Positions 56,822 to 64,000 of a stretch of 64,000 nt of DNA are shown here, one piece after another (position 1 is the first letter of the stretch; each line of letters begins with the position of its first letter). Both the position numbers and the translations under genes were made by a program. The notes beneath the pieces were generated by a model. The model ran no database searches, was not told the origin of the DNA, and saw only the letters and a list, made by a program, of their open reading frames with translations. The DNA comes from Octopus sinensis (taxonomy: Eukaryota), in the NCBI RefSeq assembly GCF_006345805.1, contig NC_042998.1:145390001-145454000 (forward strand). Reading direction: 5' to 3'.

Positions 56822-58023
56822 CAGGGTCTCGCAGGTAGAGATAATTATACGATGCATAAAACTGGTTATAATTACTACAATATTGGTATTAGATAATTAC
56901 AATTTAAATGTAACATTTATTGCAGCAAAAACATTTATCACTCAATATGGTTGCCTTTTTGGGAAATTACTAACTTCACACGAGAACGAATTGTTTTTCA
57001 GCTGCCACAACCTCCATCCTTTTGGCTTTGCGTGTCGCACGAACGATGCAGGTCTTCAAACTATTGACACTTGTGTGTGGTGAAGCATTGGTCTTTGCTT
57101 GAAGTATGCCCCATAAAAAGCATCGCGAAAATTCAGATCTCGGTTATTACTGAGCCAGATGTTGGCCCTAAAAAAAGTAGCAACTTTTCACTAAGGAAGG
57201 CCTTTGTTGCTTTTGACACATGACATGGTGCAGAATCCTGAATAAGCACTACATTGTCAAACCCAAATCTTTGCTCCATCCAAGGTAACAGATAGTTCTT
57301 CAGGATGTCTAGGTACTCCTTTGAATCCATGACATTTCCATCACTCGCTTCGGCTCCTAATACAATAACAGAGGCAGGATTCTTAGTCTCAAACACAGGG
57401 GGAGGTCAGAAGGCTTGTATGCAATCACTCGAGAATTTCTGCGACTCACCTCAGCGTCTACAGTGAACTTCTCGTCAAGAAACACGTGAGTTTTTCCTGC
57501 ACCATGATGCTTGATGAATAACCGAAGCTTTGGGTATTTCTCAGCTCTGTTTGCTTTGGCCCGGCTGTTAGGAGGTGACCGCATCGTCGAACATAACTAG
57601 TCATGCCAAGGTTCCTGTTCCCAGCTCTGGACATCATGAAAAGGGACACGTTGTGTTTTTGCAAGAGTTGTTATGAATGTAGATGGGTTGGCTTCAGTCG
57701 AGTGTTTAAGAAACTTTGGATTGCGCTTCGAATCACTTCAAGTCTAGTGTTCTTTTCTATCAATCTTTTCCTCTTTTTTAAATTCTTTATACACATGATA
57801 ACTTGCTTTTGGAAGTTTTGTCAGCTTAACAATTTTATTGGCTTTGTGCCCGGCGCTCGCCAGAACAATGGCGGAACGATTATGTTGTCTCATGCCTTTC
57901 TGTTGTCGATTCAGTTTGCTATTTACCTAAAAAATAGAGAGGAGGATTAGATTTTCCCAAAATGAAATGTTAAATCCTTTAATCAACTGCTTAAAGTTGT
58001 CTCCGTCTACCTGCAAGATCTTG
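56822..58023 (-). mobile_element. Tc1/mariner transposon, maT/DD37D-like, decayed
   Basis: TIRs CAGGGTCTCGCAGGTAG and the reverse complement CAAGATCTTGCAGGTAG (14/17), TA on the left. ORFs: VFLDEKFTVD...NRRNSR; KNPASVIVLGAEASDG...YLDILKNYLLPW...IQDSAPCH. Confidence 0.85.
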
Positions 58024-58031
58024 TGTATGTA

Positions 58032-58076
<45 letters not shown>

Positions 58077-58094
58077 ATAATATATATTTATATA

Positions 58095-58126
<32 letters not shown>

Positions 58127-58635
58127 CTGTATGTATGTATATATACGTATATATACAATTGAAAAAGGGTACAATGAACTAGCCTTGGGAGTGAGTGGTA
58201 TATCAAACATGTAGGACAGTGTCCTTCTTGAAGTAAATGTGATTTTGAGTCACCAATGGCAACGATTTTTTTTATTAATTTAGATGTAAAACTCTGGTCT
58301 CTCTCTCTCTCTCTCTTTATTTCCAATTCTGTCAACTTTTGCCTTAGGAAGGATCCTTTCCGAAACGTTGGATTTAGAAAAAAATCTGACGGCAATTTTA
58401 ACCATGGTCAACGGGAGTTACACGGGGTGTACGCACCAGCTCGGTTCGAAAGGGGAATTTCTTGCACCGCGTGACTGAACATGAAACTGGTGGCGTCTAG
58501 TTATTCGGAAGCCGACAGAAGCAAGGTCCTTTATCTAAGCGTGCGTGAACGTATTTAGGATATATATATATACGTATATAAATGTACTATTTATGTATAT
58601 ATGTGTGTGGGTATGTGTATGTATATATATATAAG

Positions 58636-58667
<32 letters not shown>

Positions 58668-58677
58668 TGTATGTATG

Positions 58678-58715
<38 letters not shown>

Positions 58716-59569
58716 TATATTATATGTACACACACACATATATATAAAACACTGGCGAATAAAGACTCCTCAGGTAAGAACGGAAGACTTTTTCTAAATT
58801 CAACCGTTCTCCACAGAATATTTACATTAGCACGTTCAAAAGATAAAAACAAACACCGTTAAATTGTTAACTCCATGCACAGTTTAGAAAATAAAGGGTG
58901 AATAAAGAAAACAATAGACCAATAAATAACCAGACATAAAACATGCCATGCACCATATCCCTTTGTAAGTATGGTACTTCTTTCTAATGGGCAATTGTCA
59001 TATTTCAGTTACTCATCACAACAGACCAGTCTACTATCTTCTTAACTTATAGAATAAAATAGATTAAAATATATTTCAGTGTTGCTCGAATAGTATGGAT
59101 GTAATGCAATGAATTTAATGTATTTATTATGTAATAATATCTCAGCAATAATCTGCTAATAAAATGAAGATGAAACAATTGTAATGTTATACAGTAATGT
59201 GTTTGCTCAATCCAGTCTCTTATGTTTACATGTTTTATATATATGCATACAAATACGTGCGCGCACACACATACATACACACACACAAATACACACACAT
59301 ACACACACGCATACACACGCATATGCATGTACAACCAGATATATATGCATGTCATGTATGTATATGTATATAAATGGGAATAATGCAGATGTAAGTCTAA
59401 GACATTTCAATTTAAGAGGGAAATGATTTCTAAAAATTATATAAATAAAATATTACCTGTTTCGATGAAGATCATCTTATCAAATATTAGTAAAATTTTA
59501 TAAAAAGTTGAAGTAAAAGCAGTTTATTTTCTGTTTTGGGATCGAGAACTTGTATAGATATACATATAT

Positions 59570-61195
59570 AGTTGGAATTTCTAGAAAAATAAAAGACGAA
59601 GACAGGTGTATGAACAACAAGTAGGTGTATTAGTTTGAGGCTCGGGAAAATAAAAAAAAGGCCTTTACGTTTCGAGCCTATCCAAAATAAACAGAGAAAG
59701 AATTAAAAGATTTTGTAGATTTAGCGGTCCAACATAGTGAATAATTAGAAAAAATGTTTGAAAGAAAAGGAGATAATAATAAAATGTAGTTCAAAGAAAG
59801 GGAGATTCTAAAGTGCTGTTGATCCCAAATGAAGGTGCGCGAGTGTGAGTGTGTATGTGAGAATGGTGTGTGTCACTGTGTGTGTGTGTTTGTGTGAATA
59901 GGGACTAGTGACATTGACGTGTGTGTGTGTAGTAAGTGCGTGCGTCTGTAATGTGTGGGTGTGTGCGTAAGTGTGTGCATCTGTAACGTGTATGTGTGTG
60001 TTTTGTGCAGCAGTTGAGGTGTGCTTTTTCACGTGGTGTGTGTACATGTGTGTGTGTGACTAAGCAGTGTGCATGTGTATGGTATATATATGTGGGCGTA
60101 AATTATCTCTGTCTATGTATGTAGTATGTGTTAATGCGTGTTGCGTGTATATGCATATGTGTGTGGGAGTGTGCATGATGGTGGGTGGTGTGTGTACTGA
60201 GTTAAACAGTATGTGTGGCTGCTCATATGGTAGTATATGTGGTGACGGTATTGAAGATTGTGTGGGGGTGAGGATGATGGTGTGGTGTGGGTACTGGGAA
60301 GTGGTCAGTGCTAGTATGTGTGTGGAGTGGTGTAGGTTGGTATCAATGAAGAGAAGAGGTAGGTGTCAGATGAAGAGAGGATGGGGATTGAGTCCATGTG
60401 GTGCAAAGGAGCGAAAAGAGATTAAAGCTTGTTCACGGTGAAGGCGGGAGTCCGGATGTCCCTGTGCATTGACGGTCTGAACACAGACAGATGCTGTAGT
60501 GAATGACCAGTAGAGCGGAAATGGCTCGAAACTGGAGTGTCATTACCGAGTCTGATGTCTCGGAGTTGCTCTGCGAACCGATCAGCCAAGCGGCGTCCCG
60601 TTTGACCGATGTATAAGGAAGGGCAGAAAGGGTAGGAGATGCAGTAAATGGCATAACTAGAAGTGCAGGTAAAGGAGTCAGTGATGTGGTAGGGACAATG
60701 ATGGGTGCCTGTGAGGATAATGGTGTCGGAGAGATAGGGGCAGGTGCGATAACGTGAGCAGGAGCAGGGGAGCGAACCTAGCTGGGAGGTGGCATTAGGG
60801 AAGAAACTGTGGTCACGCAGGTTATGGGCTCGTTTGAAGGAGGGAAGGGGTAGGATGAGGAAGATGTGTGAGGTGGAGGGGTTGGACTGGAGTCGCCGGA
60901 AGGCTTGGAGAATGGTGCGTAGGAGGGACAAGGTGAAGAGTGGTAGGTTAGGGGAAAGGGAGACGGGCAATGGCGGGACGGGTGCGGGGAGAAAGAGCAG
61001 TGGCACGGTCCACGGAACGTTCCCCTGTAAGGGTAGTATGGATAGTGGTGAGGGGATATCCACGTAGGATTAAGTGGCGAGCCATGAGTTGAGACTGAGT
61101 CTCAAAGTCATGTTTGCCACTGCAGAGCCTGCACAGACGGAGAAATTGGGAATAGGGGATGGAGAGCTTGGTGTGGGTAGAGCAGGATATATATA
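59570..61195 (-). mobile_element. Penelope-like element 3' part (RT thumb, GIY-YIG, CA-rich UTR, tail)
   Basis: ORF 60948-61247 KLSIPYSQFLRLCRLCS...RGYP; ORF 60422-61063 DSFTCTSSYAIYCISYPFCPSLYIGQTGRRLADRFAEQLRDIR...VSSHF. Tail GGCTCGAAACGTA at ~59670. Confidence 0.92.
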
Positions 61196-61671
61196 TAATA
61201 TGTAATATATCTATAATTTCAGTTAAAGGAAAACATATAGCGCTCACGTGTGTATCTAATTCCCGTTAACCGTGTAGGTAATGAATATGTTTAATGAAAT
61301 TTGAAAACTGCATTCATAAAAAACACTTACAAACCCAGATGCTGACATGCATACACACATACACATAAAAATTCCTATACTTTCTCTGTCACACACACAC
61401 ACACACATACTGACATAAACAACAATACACACTGGCGTATGTATGCATACGTACACAAGCACACACATACATATATAGACACGCACACATACACACACAT
61501 ATATACACACAATATACGCACATCCATACATTAATATATTCCTATATTATCATATGTATATGTATACACACACAGCAACAACAACAAAAATACACATATA
61601 TGTATACATATCTGTATCTGTATCTGGATATATGTATGTGCGTATGTATGTATCTATCTGTATATATATAT

Positions 61672-61720
<49 letters not shown>

Positions 61721-62221
61721 GTAGCTAGAATTAACTTAAAACATATTCATTTTCCATTTATCGGATACATTATAACAAGTAACACTTACCATACCTCAAG
61801 TGTGTCTGCCAGTTAACATGTATTTCTCTGGAGACAAATATCTTGCTTTATTTCCTTCGGCAAATCTCTCAAACACTCAACAATGATAAACTGTAATTAT
61901 AAAACTATGACTATAAATAGTTAATTCGTCATTGGTGGTTTCTATGTCCCTTTTAAACACACATACGCATAGCCATATATACGAATATATATGTATTTAT
62001 CTATCTCTCTCAGTCTTTCTTTCCCCTCTCTCGTTCGTACTTTCTTTCTTTCTCTCTCTCTCTCTCTGTCTATATATATATATATATATACATGTGTATA
62101 CATATACATACATACATACATGCGTTCATACATACATATATGTATGTATATATATATATAATATATATATATTATTATATATATATATATATATTATATA
62201 TATATATATTATATTATATAT

Positions 62222-62307
<86 letters not shown>

Positions 62308-62444
62308 CAACATAAACCTAAATATTGGCAAATATATATTCACATTGTGGAAACGTTATATAGATCTAAAAATGGCGGATTGAGTGGATAACTATAAAAT
62401 CATGACAATCTACTTGGAGTAGGGCAACGATTTTCCTTTGTTGT

Positions 62445-62517
62445 TATAATGATAATGATGGTGATGATGATGATAATGACGATGACGACGACGATGATGA
62501 TGATGATGATGATGATG

Positions 62518-62579
<62 letters not shown>

Positions 62580-62580
62580 G
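62445..62580. repeat. (GAT)n/(GAC)n then (AAT)n array
   Basis: Direct reading. Confidence 0.95.
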
Positions 62581-63207
62581 TTTTCTCCTATAGGCACAGG
62601 GCCTGAAATATTCTTGGGGAGGGGGTTAGTCGATAACATCGACCCTAATGTACTGATACTTATTTCATTGATGCCAAAAAGATAAAAAGCAACGTCAACC
62701 TTGTGGGAATTTGAACTCAGAACACAAGGACCGACGAAATGCCGCTAAGTATTTAGCCCGGTGTACTAACGATTCTTATTTCTTTACTGTCTACAAGGGG
62801 CTACACACAGAGGGGACAAACAAGGACAGAAAAATGGATTAAGTCGGTTATATCGGCCCCAGAGCGTAACTGGTACTTATTTAATCGACCCCGAAAGGAT
62901 GAAAGGCAAAGTCGACGTAGCGGCAGAAGAAATACCGCTAAGCATTTCGCCCGGCGTGCTAACGTTTCTGCGAGTTTGCCGCCTTCAATAATAATCCTTT
63001 CCACAAAAGGCACAGAGCCTGAAATTTGCGGGGAGGGCGTAAATTGTTTACATCGAGCCCAGTGCGTAAAGGTACTTATTTAATAGACCCCGGAAGAATG
63101 AAAGTCAAAGTTGACCTCGGCAGAATTTGAACAGAACGTAGCGAGAGACGAAATACTGCTAAGCATTGCACCCGGCGTGCTAACGATTCTGCCAGCTCGT
63201 CGCCTTC
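62580..63207 (-). mobile_element. Cluster of three tandem SINE family 1 copies (tails b, a, b)
   Basis: Three successive matches to GAATTTGAAC.../GCCCGG(C/T)GTGCTAACG at ~62580-62775, 62776-62990 and 62993-63207. Confidence 0.82.
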
Positions 63208-63247
63208 AATATTAATAATAGTAATAATAATAATAACAACAATAATA

Positions 63248-64000
63248 ATGGTCATAACGAAGTCAAGAAAGCTTCTAGCGTTACATAGAGTCCATCATCC
63301 ACGTTCAGACACTGATCGCCTATTCATGAAGAGGGCAAATGGAGGAAGGGGACTGATAAGTGTAGAAGACTGCGTACGTTTTGAAGTCAAGCGCTTAATG
63401 AGATACCTAGGAAACCTTGCTAGTGTCAGTTAGGAATGAGGAAATATTGAAAGCAGAGAAAATAGGAAAAACAAAGGAAAAAGTACAAAAAGGACATGAA
63501 GAAGAATTACGCAACAAGAAACTACACAATCAGTTCCATGTAGCCACAACAAGAATGGCTGGGAAACATAGGTGAGATTGGCTGAAGAAAAAAACACTGA
63601 AAAAAAAGAAACTGAGAGCACTATACTGGCAGTGCAAGACGAAGCTTTGGCCACAAATTGGAGGGTCAACTTTAGGAATGAGCAAGTGTCTCCGCTGTGC
63701 CATATCTGTAATAGAGTGGATGAAACCATTACCCATATCACGAACGAATGCCCTAGACTTGCTCAAAACCACTACAAGTTGTGATTACACGATCAGGTAG
63801 CAAAAGTATTACATTGGAAACTGCAAAAAGTGGGGGCTAAAAAGGCCAAACGTGGTATGAGCACAAAATGCAGAAGGTGGCTGAGTCGGAGACTAGCAAA
63901 ATCCTCTGAGATTTCCCAATCCAAACAGATCAGGTGCTAGAGCATAACAAACCGGACATAGTGGTGGTCAACAAGATGCATCACATGTGTTATATAGCTG
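63248..64000 (+). mobile_element. R4/Dong-type LINE, 5'-truncated, runs off the window end
   Basis: HHPRSDTDRLFMKRANGGRGLISVEDCV; ESTILAVQDEAL...CHIC...ETITHITNEC; HDQV...HWKL; DFPIQTD...HNKPDIVVV. Preceded directly by (TAA)n at 63212-63248. Confidence 0.9.

Overview
AT-rich eukaryotic (animal) DNA that is almost entirely transposon debris and compound microsatellites ((TA)n, (CA)n, (GA)n, (TACA)n, (TCTA)n, (AAT)n). I could not support any host protein-coding exon, rRNA, functional tRNA or CRISPR array; most ORF-track entries are translated microsatellites. The repeat landscape suggests a coleoid cephalopod such as Octopus (inference from recalled repeat families, not checked). Supported elements: four decayed DNA transposons with recognisable ends (mariner ~1.0-2.3 kb, Tc2/pogo-like 5514-6373, Chapaev3-like 47832-49934 with a 3-bp TAA TSD, Tc1/mariner maT-like 56822-58023); six R4/Dong-type RLE LINE copies; one Tx1/L1 RT fragment; several Penelope-like (RT/GIY-YIG) elements; and three tRNA-like SINE families. 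Most notable: (1) a same-strand train of five retroelements at 16.6-25.1 kb spaced by (AAT)n arrays, including a ~550-bp non-coding element that looks like a non-autonomous passenger of the TAA-targeting LINEs; (2) a complete minimal type-I hammerhead ribozyme motif at 55700-55814, with related copies, inside a Penelope-like locus built from nested near-identical inverted repeats; (3) an R4/Dong copy with twin-priming-like 5' inversion geometry at 35.7-37.2 kb. All alignments were done by eye, so boundaries are approximate unless TIR/TSD coordinates are stated.
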